Origin: Nitrosopumilus sp.
Lineage (GTDB): Archaea > Thermoproteota > Nitrososphaeria > Nitrososphaerales > Nitrosopumilaceae
DNA length: 64,000 bases
Direction of reading: 5' to 3'
Assembly: GCA_965219345.1 (NCBI GenBank)
Contig: OZ244732.1
Location: 832,001-896,000 of the forward strand
Shown: positions 1 through 9,784 of the stretch, piece after piece
Numbering within the stretch: the stretch's first letter is position 1
Layout of the letters: the number at the start of each line of letters is the position of its first letter
Translations under genes and position numbers: made by a program
Notes under the pieces: generated by a model
Seen by the model: the letters and a program-made list of their open reading frames with translations, nothing else
Told to the model about the DNA's origin: nothing
Databases searched by the model: none

Positions 1-2
1 CT

Positions 3-293
3 GGCATTCAGAAAATCCTAAACACCGCTGTTTTTGATTCTCTAAAATTTATTGTTGTATATCCTGTGGAAGATGAAACAAAACTAACCAACAAAGATGG
101 CGTTATTTTACCTGACACAAAATTACTTCCACAAGATTCTACTGCAAAAGATTTAGCGGGTTTAATCCATGCAGATATTGCCAAGGGATTTTTACATGCA
201 ATTGATTGCAAAACCAAACAAAGAATCAGTGGTGAACAGAGACTAAAAAGCGGCGATGTAATCAAAATTATATCCACATTAAGTAGAGGATAG
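3..293 (+). CDS. ychF: YchF/Ola1-family translation-associated GTPase, C-terminal part with TGS domain (5'-truncated by the window edge)
   Basis: Frame is open from position 3 (GIQKILNTAVFDSLKFIVVYPVEDE...). TGS-like C-terminus STAKDLAGLIHADIAKGFLHAID...LKSGDVIKI is typical of archaeal YchF. Confidence 0.85.
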   Translation, partial: GIQKILNTAVFDSLKFIVVYPVEDETKLTNKDGVILPDTKLLPQDSTAKDLAGLIHADIAKGFLHAIDCKTKQRISGEQRLKSGDVIKIISTLSRG

Positions 294-294
294 C

Positions 295-1278
295 ATGCTA
301 GGTTTGGGAATTGAAAGCACAGCTCATACATTTTCTTGTGCCATAATTGAAAAAAAAGGAAAGAAAGGAAGGATTCTTTCTGATATCCGAAAAATTTATC
401 GTCCTGCAGAGGGAGAAGGAATTCATCCAAGAGAAGCATCACGTCATCATATTGAAAATAGTTCTTCAGTATTGTCTGAATGTCTTATAGAGGCAAATAC
501 TGCAATCAAAGATCTAGATCTTATTTCTTATGCCGCAGGTCCAGGATTAGGTCCATGCTTACGCGTTGGCGCAGTTGTTGCAAGATCTTTGGCTTCTTTT
601 TATAAAATTCCAATTTATCCTGTCAATCACGCAATTGGTCACATTGAATTAGGAAAACTACTAACAGGTGCTACCAATCCTTTGGTACTTTTGGTATCTG
701 GAGGACATACTATGCTTTTGGCATTTCTTAACAAGCAGTGGAGAGTTTTTGGTGAGACTTTAGATATTACACTAGGCCAACTGCTTGATCAATTTGGAAG
801 ATCCATTGGATTTGCTTCTCCATGCGGAAAAAGTATAGAAGAGTTAGCATCTGCGTCTTCAAACTATATCATGCTACCATATTCAGTAAAAGGAAATGAT
901 GTTTCTTTTTCAGGTTTATTGTCTGCCACAAAATCTGTTGTAAAGCAAAGTAAAGCTGATGCATGCTATTCACTTCAAGAAACCGCTTTTGCAATGATTA
1001 GTGAAGTTGTAGAGCGTGCTTTGTCATTTACCTGCAAAAAAGAATTGATGATAGTAGGTGGTGTTGCAGCTAACAAAAGATTATCTGAAATGCTTCAAGC
1101 TGTATGTAAACGACACGAATGTAAATTCTTTGTAGTTCCAATACAATATGCTGGAGATTGTGGAAGTCAAATATGTTGGACTGGACTTTTAGAATCACAA
1201 GTCAAGCAGGGTACTTTACTAAAAGATACTTTGGTTACACAATCTTGGAGATTAGATTCAGTTAAAGTAGATTATTGA
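295..1278 (+). CDS. kae1: KEOPS t6A synthase Kae1
   Basis: LGIESTAHT, GPGLGPCLRVG, VNHAIGHIE and LLVSGGHT motifs. Confidence 0.97.
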   Translation: MLGLGIESTAHTFSCAIIEKKGKKGRILSDIRKIYRPAEGEGIHPREASRHHIENSSSVLSECLIEANTAIKDLDLISYAAGPGLGPCLRVGAVVARSLASFYKIPIYPVNHAIGHIELGKLLTGATNPLVLLVSGGHTMLLAFLNKQWRVFGETLDITLGQLLDQFGRSIGFASPCGKSIEELASASSNYIMLPYSVKGNDVSFSGLLSATKSVVKQSKADACYSLQETAFAMISEVVERALSFTCKKELMIVGGVAANKRLSEMLQAVCKRHECKFFVVPIQYAGDCGSQICWTGLLESQVKQGTLLKDTLVTQSWRLDSVKVDY

Positions 1279-1598
1279 TTTTTGTTATTATTAATTGCCT
1301 CATCAATACTTTTAAGCCAACTTTTTGTATTGAAAACTCCAAACTTGTAAGTCTGTTCATCATTATTTGTCTTTGCCGTAAAACATACTTTTTTTATTAG
1401 CAATCCCTCCTTCCATGTTTTGGTCACATCATTTAATGAAACATCTAGTACTGTATCACCCATACGTTTGGAAAAATCCATCATTCTTGCCCTAGTTTTG
1501 TCAAATGCTAATCTCTTGTTAGTTAATGTCATAATTCCTGAACCTAAACTATCTTCACTACAATCTTCTTGTTTTATTTTCTTTTCTCCTTCTTCCAT
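1272..1598 (-). CDS. small PH/GRAM-like fold hypothetical protein
   Basis: GIMTLTNKRLAF motif and a C-terminal 'SWLKSI' helix resemble GRAM/PH domains. Confidence 0.55.
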   Translation of the reverse strand: MEEGEKKIKQEDCSEDSLGSGIMTLTNKRLAFDKTRARMMDFSKRMGDTVLDVSLNDVTKTWKEGLLIKKVCFTAKTNNDEQTYKFGVFNTKSWLKSIDEAINNNKNQ

Positions 1599-1629
1599 GA
1601 ATAATTTTTATTGAATTACTTTAGATATA

Positions 1630-2256
1630 ATGTTAATGAAATTAAGAAAAAAAGGAGCAGAAGCTGACATATATCAATCCAAATGGCAAAATTCTAAGGC
1701 AATTATCAAAATTAGAAAAACAAAAAATTATCGTAATTCTTCTCTTGACTTAAAAATACGTAGACATAGAACAATAAAAGAATCTCAAATGATATCTCAG
1801 GTAAAGTCATTTGGAATCCCCACACCTCTTGTTTACTTTGTAAACTTGGAAAAGGCCTTAATTATAATGCAAGAAATTCCCGGAAAACCAGTTCATGATT
1901 TACCTGAATTAAAAATTATTGATTTATCAAAAGAAATCGGAAAATTGGTTGGAACGATGCATAAAAATGGAGTAATGCACGGAGATTTGACAACATCAAA
2001 CTTCATCTTATTTCAAAATACTGTTTTTGTCATTGATTTTGGGCTGTCTCAAAATACAATAAAACCTGAAGATCATGCAGTTGATTTGAGATTAATCAAA
2101 GAAATTCTTAACAGTGCTCATACAAAAATCATGGAGCCTGCTTGGAAAAACTTCCTAATTGGTTATAGATCTGTTGCTGGAAATGCAAATTACATCAAAA
2201 TTACAAAACTAGTTTTGGACATAGAAAGTCGTGGTAGGTATGCTGCAGTCGTTTGA
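1630..2256 (+). CDS. bud32: KEOPS kinase Bud32
   Basis: KGAEADIY, HGDLTTSN and IDFGLS motifs; C-terminal RGRY. Confidence 0.95.
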   Translation: MLMKLRKKGAEADIYQSKWQNSKAIIKIRKTKNYRNSSLDLKIRRHRTIKESQMISQVKSFGIPTPLVYFVNLEKALIIMQEIPGKPVHDLPELKIIDLSKEIGKLVGTMHKNGVMHGDLTTSNFILFQNTVFVIDFGLSQNTIKPEDHAVDLRLIKEILNSAHTKIMEPAWKNFLIGYRSVAGNANYIKITKLVLDIESRGRYAAVV

Positions 2257-2806
2257 TCTTTTTTTTGTATCCTCAAATAGGCACAAATACCAAGAGGCAA
2301 AAAAGATTCTGGATTCCTATGGAATAAAACTTGGTTTTTTCAAATTTGATTTAGAAGAGATTCAATCAAATTCACTTAAAGACATTGCATCAAAAAAAGC
2401 AAAAGATGCGTTTTCCAAATGTAAAAAACCTGTAATAATTGAAGATGATGGTCTATTCATTAACTCACTTGGTGGATTTCCAGGCCCTTACTCATCATAT
2501 GTTTTCAAAACAATTGGAAACACAGGAATTCTTAATCTCTTGAAAAATAATAGAAAGGCAAAGTTTGTTTCTGTTATTAGTTATTGCGATAAAAAAATTC
2601 TTCAGTCCTTTGATTCAAAACTTGATGGTACTATATCACACTCACAAAAAGGAAAAGGTTGGGGATATGACCCAATCTTTATACCCAAAAATACTAGGAA
2701 AACGTTTGCTGAAATGTACAACAAAAATGAATTGTCACATAGATACAAAGCGCTAAAAAAATTTTCTAATTGGTATTTACATATGCAGGAATCAAACGAT
2801 CAATAA
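2240..2806 (+). CDS. rdgB: non-canonical purine NTP pyrophosphatase (RdgB/HAM1)
   Basis: SSNRHK, EDDGLFI..LGGFPGPYS, GWGYDPIF and SHR motifs. ATG at 2240 preferred as start. Confidence 0.93.
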   Translation: MLQSFDLFFVSSNRHKYQEAKKILDSYGIKLGFFKFDLEEIQSNSLKDIASKKAKDAFSKCKKPVIIEDDGLFINSLGGFPGPYSSYVFKTIGNTGILNLLKNNRKAKFVSVISYCDKKILQSFDSKLDGTISHSQKGKGWGYDPIFIPKNTRKTFAEMYNKNELSHRYKALKKFSNWYLHMQESNDQ

Positions 2807-3794
2807 ATCTTTCATTATTCTGTAAAACTACAATTCTTGAAACAAAACTTTCATCCATTATTGAAAATATCTTACTTTGTTTAACTATCTGTTCACTAAA
2901 ATTTTTTATCTCTTCCATTTCTAACATGTTAGAATATTCTAATCTGTTAGTTGAACGACCAATATGCATGTATGATTTTATTTCAATAAAGTGCGGACTT
3001 GCTTTTCTAATCATTTCTGCAAATGCTGGAACCATCTCTTTTATGTCATTATAGTCTCTAATCAGAGTAATTCTAAGAACTGTTCTTGTTTTCAAATGTT
3101 TCAACATGGCAAGAGTTCTGTTCCATCTTTCCCACGAATCATCATATTTTGGCTTGTTTATTCTCATAAATGAATCATGGTCTGAGGCATTAGTTGACAA
3201 GTACAACTGTGTTGGTAATGCATCTTCATCCTGTAGTCTTTGTATCATATCTGGCTCTTGCCCATTAGTTACAAGAAAAGTTGATTTTGTTGCCTTAAGT
3301 GAGCGTAGATATTTAATTAGTTCTGGTAACTTTGGATACATTGTTGGTTCACCAGAAAGTGAAATTGCATAATGACTAGGTAATAACGACTCATCTAATC
3401 TTTGTTTATCGTTTCTTGAATCCCCAAAATATCCATTGATCAGTTCTTTTCTTTCAGCCATCAATTTTGTTAAAATCTGTTCAGGTTCAGCAACTTGTTT
3501 TGGATCCATTTTTAATGAATTATAAAATTCCATTGGTCTCCAACAGTATACACAACGATTTTCACAATGCATTCCAGCTGGGGAAAATTCCATGCATCTA
3601 TGAGTTGAAATTCCATAAAACTTGTGTTTATAGCAATTTCCTTCATGTTTGAATGATTTTTTTGTCCAATGACATAGTGCTACTGTAGAATGATCAGCAA
3701 CTCCATACTTTGCTTTTTTTAACTGCTTAACTATTACAGGTTTGATCTGAAGTAACCGATCATCTTCTTCGATTGTTTCGCCAGAACAACTCAT
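2766..3794 (-). CDS. taw1: 4-demethylwyosine synthase Tyw1/Taw1 (radical SAM)
   Basis: CHWTKKS..CYKHKFYGI.THRC, CENRCVYCWR and ISLSGEPT motifs. Confidence 0.95.
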   Translation of the reverse strand: MSCSGETIEEDDRLLQIKPVIVKQLKKAKYGVADHSTVALCHWTKKSFKHEGNCYKHKFYGISTHRCMEFSPAGMHCENRCVYCWRPMEFYNSLKMDPKQVAEPEQILTKLMAERKELINGYFGDSRNDKQRLDESLLPSHYAISLSGEPTMYPKLPELIKYLRSLKATKSTFLVTNGQEPDMIQRLQDEDALPTQLYLSTNASDHDSFMRINKPKYDDSWERWNRTLAMLKHLKTRTVLRITLIRDYNDIKEMVPAFAEMIRKASPHFIEIKSYMHIGRSTNRLEYSNMLEMEEIKNFSEQIVKQSKIFSIMDESFVSRIVVLQNNERFIDRLIPAYVNTN

Positions 3795-3891
3795 GATTTC
3801 AAATCTTGTTTTGTTTACTTAAATTGATCGAGTTATTTCCCCAAGGTGGAAATTTTTCTTAAATCTGTTATGACTTTGAGTCGATTCTAGA

Positions 3892-6297
3892 GTGAGGTTT
3901 AATAACTGGATCCCCGAGGTAATTTTAGCATTGAAAAATATACATATTTTGCCATTCCTAGTATTGCTGTTAACTACCTTAACTAGTGTGCCTGTTAACT
4001 ACACTCTTGCTGCTACTGACTTGGATGAAGACGGTGTGGATGATGTTATAGATGCGTGTCCAAATTTACAAGAAGATTATATGGATATTGCTGATGGTTG
4101 CCCATCAAACTTTGTTCCATGGTATGATGAAGACTATGACGGAATACAAGATCATAATGATGCTTGCCCAAATTTCAAAGAAAATTACAATAGATTCCAA
4201 GACGATGACGGCTGTCCTGATGTATCTCCTGGAAGTGGAGAAGGTGGATTGCCTGATTCTGATGGTGATGGTTTTGCTGACACGAGAGACTTGTGTCCAA
4301 CGCAACCAGAGACATTCAATGGCATACTTGATAGAGACGGCTGCCCTGATTCATTTGGTTTTGCTGACAGAGATAGAGATGGAGTCCAAGATAATGTAGA
4401 CACATGTCCGCTAAGTCCAGAAAATTACAATAGATTCCAAGACGATGACGGCTGCCCTGATTCTATAATGGAATCATCTGTAGTTGATTCTGATGATGAC
4501 AATACAGATGTTTCGTTAGCCCCCTCGTTTGATGATACTGATGGTGATGGAATAGCAGACCCATTTGACGTTTGTCCTAATTACCCCGAAACTTTCAATG
4601 GGTTTGCTGATTATGACGGCTGTCCAGATTCAACCCCATCATTTACTGGTTCATTAAATGATAAAGATGGTGATGGAATACCAGATACTATTGATGCTTG
4701 TCCTTTAGATCTTGAAAGATACAACGGCTTCCAAGATGAAGACGGCTGTCCAGATATTCCTCCATATACTAGTGATTCTGATTCAGACCTTGATGGAATT
4801 CTAGATAGTGTTGATCAGTGTCCACAAGAAAAAGAAACCTACAACAAATTCCAAGACGATGACGGTTGCCCTGACTCTGTAGCAGATAATAAAGAAATAT
4901 CAGATACTGATGGTGATGGAATCAATGATTATGTAGACTTGTGTCCAACGCAACCAGAGACATTCAATGGCATACTTGATAGAGACGGCTGTCCAGATGG
5001 TTATCTCTCAACTAGTGATCGTGACAGTGATGGACTACCAGATAATCTTGATAAATGTCCAACCGCTAAAGAAACCTGGAACAAATTCCAAGACGAAGAC
5101 GGTTGCCCTGACTATGTCTCTAATTTATCAGCATTAGACTTTGATGGTGACGGATTTTTTGACTTGAATGACAAGTGTCCTCTTGAACCAGAAGTGTATA
5201 ATGGTTATGAAGATACAGACGGCTGTCCAGATGTTACAGTTTTAGATTCTGATAGTGACGGAATTAGAGATACATTAGATCAATGTCCTACGACTGCAGA
5301 AACCTGGAATAGATATCAAGATAATGACGGCTGTCCAGACAACCCATCAGAAACTGATTCAGACTTTGATGGTATTTTAGATTCCATAGATGAATGTCCT
5401 CTTGACAGAGAACGTTACAACGGTTTCCAAGATGAAGACGGCTGTCCAGATTACCCTGATTATATTTCTAGCATGGACTCAGACTTTGATGGAATCATCG
5501 ATGGATTAGATCAATGCCCACTAGTTCCTGAAACCTACAACAAATTCCAAGACGATGACGGTTGCCCTGACTCTGTAGCAGATAATAAAGGAGCTCCAGA
5601 TTCAGACAATGATGGAATTAATGATTACAAAGATCATTGTCCAACTCAACAAGAGACCTATAATGGAATTCTTGATTTAGATGGATGTCCAGATAACTAT
5701 ATCCCAACAAGTGATCGTGACTTAGACGGAATACCTGACGATATTGATACATGTCCAACTGCTAAAGAAACCTACAACAAATTCCAAGACGATGATGGCT
5801 GTCCGGATTCTATAACGGAATCGTTTGTTGTTGATTCTGATAATGATGGTATTGATGATATTAATGATGATTGTCCTTTGGTTGCTGAAAATTATAATGG
5901 GTTTAAAGATACAGACGGTTGCCCAGATCTTGATGATACACAACCTGATTCTGATGATGACGGTGTTCCAGATGTGATGGATTTATGTCCAGAGCAAAGC
6001 GAAGTTTGGAATAGATATATTGACTATGACGGCTGTCCAGATGTCTTACCAACTGGACCCAATACAATTGATAGTGATGAAGACGGCATAAGTGATGTTA
6101 TTGATTCATGTCCAAACCAAAAAGAAACTTACAACAAGTACAACGACAAAGACGGCTGTCCAGATATTGCTCCAGAACAATCAAGATACAAACATGATGC
6201 TGATTTAGATGGTATTATCGATGACAATGACTTGTGTCCTCTAGAACTAGAGGACTATGACGGTGATAGAGATACTGACGGATGTCCTGATCAATAG
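3892..6297 (+). CDS. secreted thrombospondin type-3-like calcium-binding repeat protein 1
   Basis: Hydrophobic N-terminal signal followed by repeated DxDxDGxxDxxDxCPxxxExxNxxxDxDGCPD modules. True start may be slightly downstream. Confidence 0.9.
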   Translation: MRFNNWIPEVILALKNIHILPFLVLLLTTLTSVPVNYTLAATDLDEDGVDDVIDACPNLQEDYMDIADGCPSNFVPWYDEDYDGIQDHNDACPNFKENYNRFQDDDGCPDVSPGSGEGGLPDSDGDGFADTRDLCPTQPETFNGILDRDGCPDSFGFADRDRDGVQDNVDTCPLSPENYNRFQDDDGCPDSIMESSVVDSDDDNTDVSLAPSFDDTDGDGIADPFDVCPNYPETFNGFADYDGCPDSTPSFTGSLNDKDGDGIPDTIDACPLDLERYNGFQDEDGCPDIPPYTSDSDSDLDGILDSVDQCPQEKETYNKFQDDDGCPDSVADNKEISDTDGDGINDYVDLCPTQPETFNGILDRDGCPDGYLSTSDRDSDGLPDNLDKCPTAKETWNKFQDEDGCPDYVSNLSALDFDGDGFFDLNDKCPLEPEVYNGYEDTDGCPDVTVLDSDSDGIRDTLDQCPTTAETWNRYQDNDGCPDNPSETDSDFDGILDSIDECPLDRERYNGFQDEDGCPDYPDYISSMDSDFDGIIDGLDQCPLVPETYNKFQDDDGCPDSVADNKGAPDSDNDGINDYKDHCPTQQETYNGILDLDGCPDNYIPTSDRDLDGIPDDIDTCPTAKETYNKFQDDDGCPDSITESFVVDSDNDGIDDINDDCPLVAENYNGFKDTDGCPDLDDTQPDSDDDGVPDVMDLCPEQSEVWNRYIDYDGCPDVLPTGPNTIDSDEDGISDVIDSCPNQKETYNKYNDKDGCPDIAPEQSRYKHDADLDGIIDDNDLCPLELEDYDGDRDTDGCPDQ

Positions 6298-6309
6298 TAG
6301 AATCTTAAA

Positions 6310-9300
6310 ATGAAAAAACAACATCTTCTAGGATTTTTGCTTTTACTTACATCTACCATTGCAATGTTACCAAGCAGTGTTTATGCTATTGAAGCAATTG
6401 ATTCTGATGGGGATGGCATCTCTAATGATGTGGATTCCTGTCCTTCTCTTTTAGAAGACTATGAGGGTACTATTGATGGCTGCCCATCAAACTTTGTTCC
6501 ATGGTATGATGCTGACAGTGATGGACTACAAGATCATCTTGATAATTGTCCAACTGTAAAGGAAAATTACAACAAATTCCAAGACGAAGACGGATGTCCT
6601 GACTTGTCACCTGATGGCGGCAACGGTATTCATGATACTGACAGTGACGGTTTTCCAGATGTTTTAGACTTGTGTCCAACCCAACCAGAGACATTCAATG
6701 GTATTGATGACAAGGACGGCTGCCCTGATGATATCTTTTCTTTACTAGATAGTGATCAAGATGGAATTTCTGATTCTTTGGATACATGTCCATTAAAACC
6801 CGAAACTTACAATAGATTCCAAGATAATGACGGCTGCCCCGATTCAGTTGATACAGTAGACCCAACCTATACTTTCTCAGATGCTGACGGTGATGGAATT
6901 GATGACAGATGGGATCAATGTCTAAACGAACCAGAAAACTTTAATGGATACTTGGATTGGGACGGCTGCCCAGATGTTAAGGGTACAACTGCAGGTGATA
7001 TGCCTGATGCTGATTATGACGGAATTCCAGATCATGATGATGCTTGTCCATTAGAACGTGAGAATTATAATAGATTCCAAGACGATGACGGCTGTCCTGA
7101 CAGTATTGATTTCCAAACGGTTGGTGATTCTGACGGTGATAGCATTTATGATGATGTAGATCAATGTCCTTATGCTAAAGAAACATACAACTTTTACTTA
7201 GACGATGACGGCTGTCCTGATTTTATAGCAGACAACAAATTAACCGCTGATACTGACGGTGACAGTATTCCAGATCAATTGGACTTGTGTCCAACCCAAC
7301 CAGAGACATACAATGGGTTCCAGGATGGTGACGGCTGCCCCGATCGTTTTGATTCCAAACTTGATTCTGATATGGATGGAATTATGGACATCTCTGATGC
7401 TTGTCCATTAGAACGTGAGAATTATAACAAATTCCAAGATAATGACGGCTGCCCCGATTCAGTTGATACAGTAGACTCAACCTATACTTTCTCAGATGCT
7501 GACGGTGATGGAGTTGATGACAGATGGGATCAATGTCTAAACGAACCAGAAAACTTTAATGGATACTTGGATTGGGACGGCTGCCCAGATGTTAAGGGTA
7601 CAACTGCAGGTGATATACCTGATGCTGATTATGACGGAATTCCAGATCATTTAGACAAATGCCCAACATTAGCTGAAAGATACAACAAATTCCAAGACGA
7701 TGACGGCTGTCCTGACAGTATTGATTTCCAAACGGTTGGCGATTCTGACGGTGATGCTATCTATGATGATGTAGATCAATGTCCTTATGCTAAAGAAACA
7801 TACAACTTTTACTTAGACGATGACGGCTGTCCTGATTTTATAGCAGACAACAAATTAACCGCTGATACTGACGGTGACAGTATTCCAGATCAATTAGACT
7901 TGTGTCCAACCCAACCAGAGACATACAATGGGTTCCAGGATGGTGACGGCTGCCCCGATCGTTTTGATTCCAAACTTGATTCTGATATGGATGGAATTAT
8001 GGACATCTCTGATGCTTGTCCATTAGAACGTGAGAATTATAACAAATTCCAAGATAATGACGGCTGCCCCGATTCAGTTGATACAGTAGACTCAACCTAT
8101 ACTTTCTCAGATGCTGACGGTGATGGAATTGATGACAGATGGGATCAATGTCTAAACGAACCAGAAAACTTTAATGGATACTTGGATTGGGACGGCTGCC
8201 CAGATGTTAAGGGTACAACTGCAGGTGATATGCCTGATGCTGATTATGACGGAATTCCAGATCATGATGATGCTTGTCCATTAGAACGTGAGAATTATAA
8301 TAGATTCCAAGACGATGACGGCTGTCCTGACAGTATTGATTTCCAAACGGTTGGCGATTCTGACGGTGATAGCATTTATGATGATGTAGATCAATGTCCT
8401 TATGCTAAAGAAACATACAACTTTTACTTAGACGATGACGGCTGTCCTGATTTTATAGCAGACAACAAATTAACCGCTGATACTGACGGTGACAGTATTC
8501 CAGATCAATTAGACTTGTGTCCAACCCAACCAGAGACATACAATGGGTTCCAAGATGGTGACGGCTGCCCCGATCGTTTTGATTCCAAACTTGATTCTGA
8601 TATGGATGGCATTGTAGATGTATTCGATACATGTCCACTAGAACCTGAAACATACAACTTTTACTTAGACGATGACGGCTGTCCTGATCCTATTAATGAA
8701 GTAGACTCAACCTATACTTTCTCAGATGCTGACGGTGATGGAGTTGATGACAGATGGGATCAATGTATTGATGAGCAAGAGAACTTTAATGGATACTTGG
8801 ATTGGGACGGCTGCCCAGATGTTAAGGGTACAACTGCAGGTGATATACCTGATGCTGATTATGACGGAATTCCAGATCATTTAGACAAATGCCCAACATT
8901 AGCTGAAAGATACAACAAATTCCAAGACGATGACGGCTGTCCTGACAGTATTGATTTCCAAACGGTTGGTGATTCTGACGGTGATGCTATCTATGATGAT
9001 GTAGATCAATGTCCAACATTAGCTGAAACATACAACTTTTACTTAGACGATGACGGCTGTCCTGATTTTATAGCAGACAACAAATTAACCGCTGATACTG
9101 ACGGTGACAGTATTCCAGATCAATTGGACTTGTGTCCAACCCAACCAGAGACATACAATGGGTTCCAGGATGGTGACGGCTGCCCCGATCGTTTTGATTC
9201 CAAACTTGATTCTGATATGGATGGAATTATGGACATCTCTGATGCTTGTCCATTAGAACGTGAGAATTATAACAAATTCCAAGATAATGACGGCTGCCCC

Positions 9301-9699
9301 GATTCAGTTGATACAGTAGACTCAACCTATACTTTCCCAGATGCTGACGGTGATGGAGTTGATGACAGATGGGATCAATGTATTGATGAGCAAGAGAACT
9401 TTAATGGATACTTGGATTGGGACGGCTGCCCAGATGTACTTGGGGCAGAATCATCTATTCCTAAATATGCAGATTCTGACGGAGATGGATACCAAGATGC
9501 TAATGATTCTTGTCCAACAAACCCAGAAACTTGGAATAAATATCTAGATTGGGATGGCTGCCCAGATATTGTTCCAGAACAACAGAGATTTGTTCATGAT
9601 GATGATCTAGACAGTATCGTTAATGATCAAGATTCATGTCCTTTAGAACCCGAAGATTATGATGGCGATAGAGATACAGACGGCTGCCCGGATCCATAA
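6310..9699 (+). CDS. secreted thrombospondin type-3-like repeat protein 2 (1129 aa)
   Basis: Signal peptide MKKQHLLGFLLLL...VYA and the same modules, with 205-aa internal periodicity. Confidence 0.92.
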   Translation: MKKQHLLGFLLLLTSTIAMLPSSVYAIEAIDSDGDGISNDVDSCPSLLEDYEGTIDGCPSNFVPWYDADSDGLQDHLDNCPTVKENYNKFQDEDGCPDLSPDGGNGIHDTDSDGFPDVLDLCPTQPETFNGIDDKDGCPDDIFSLLDSDQDGISDSLDTCPLKPETYNRFQDNDGCPDSVDTVDPTYTFSDADGDGIDDRWDQCLNEPENFNGYLDWDGCPDVKGTTAGDMPDADYDGIPDHDDACPLERENYNRFQDDDGCPDSIDFQTVGDSDGDSIYDDVDQCPYAKETYNFYLDDDGCPDFIADNKLTADTDGDSIPDQLDLCPTQPETYNGFQDGDGCPDRFDSKLDSDMDGIMDISDACPLERENYNKFQDNDGCPDSVDTVDSTYTFSDADGDGVDDRWDQCLNEPENFNGYLDWDGCPDVKGTTAGDIPDADYDGIPDHLDKCPTLAERYNKFQDDDGCPDSIDFQTVGDSDGDAIYDDVDQCPYAKETYNFYLDDDGCPDFIADNKLTADTDGDSIPDQLDLCPTQPETYNGFQDGDGCPDRFDSKLDSDMDGIMDISDACPLERENYNKFQDNDGCPDSVDTVDSTYTFSDADGDGIDDRWDQCLNEPENFNGYLDWDGCPDVKGTTAGDMPDADYDGIPDHDDACPLERENYNRFQDDDGCPDSIDFQTVGDSDGDSIYDDVDQCPYAKETYNFYLDDDGCPDFIADNKLTADTDGDSIPDQLDLCPTQPETYNGFQDGDGCPDRFDSKLDSDMDGIVDVFDTCPLEPETYNFYLDDDGCPDPINEVDSTYTFSDADGDGVDDRWDQCIDEQENFNGYLDWDGCPDVKGTTAGDIPDADYDGIPDHLDKCPTLAERYNKFQDDDGCPDSIDFQTVGDSDGDAIYDDVDQCPTLAETYNFYLDDDGCPDFIADNKLTADTDGDSIPDQLDLCPTQPETYNGFQDGDGCPDRFDSKLDSDMDGIMDISDACPLERENYNKFQDNDGCPDSVDTVDSTYTFPDADGDGVDDRWDQCIDEQENFNGYLDWDGCPDVLGAESSIPKYADSDGDGYQDANDSCPTNPETWNKYLDWDGCPDIVPEQQRFVHDDDLDSIVNDQDSCPLEPEDYDGDRDTDGCPDP
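6841..9440 (+). repeat. 615-bp tandem repeat (about 4.2 copies) with alternating A/B variants giving a 1230-bp super-period
   Basis: Equivalent positions at 6841, 7456, 8071, 8686 and 9301. Confidence 0.9.
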
Positions 9700-9784
9700 A
9701 CATTATTTTCTTAATTTCAAAATTATAGAAGAATCTATTTAACGTGAGACTTAATAAATACTTGATAATAGCGATGTCAGGAGA

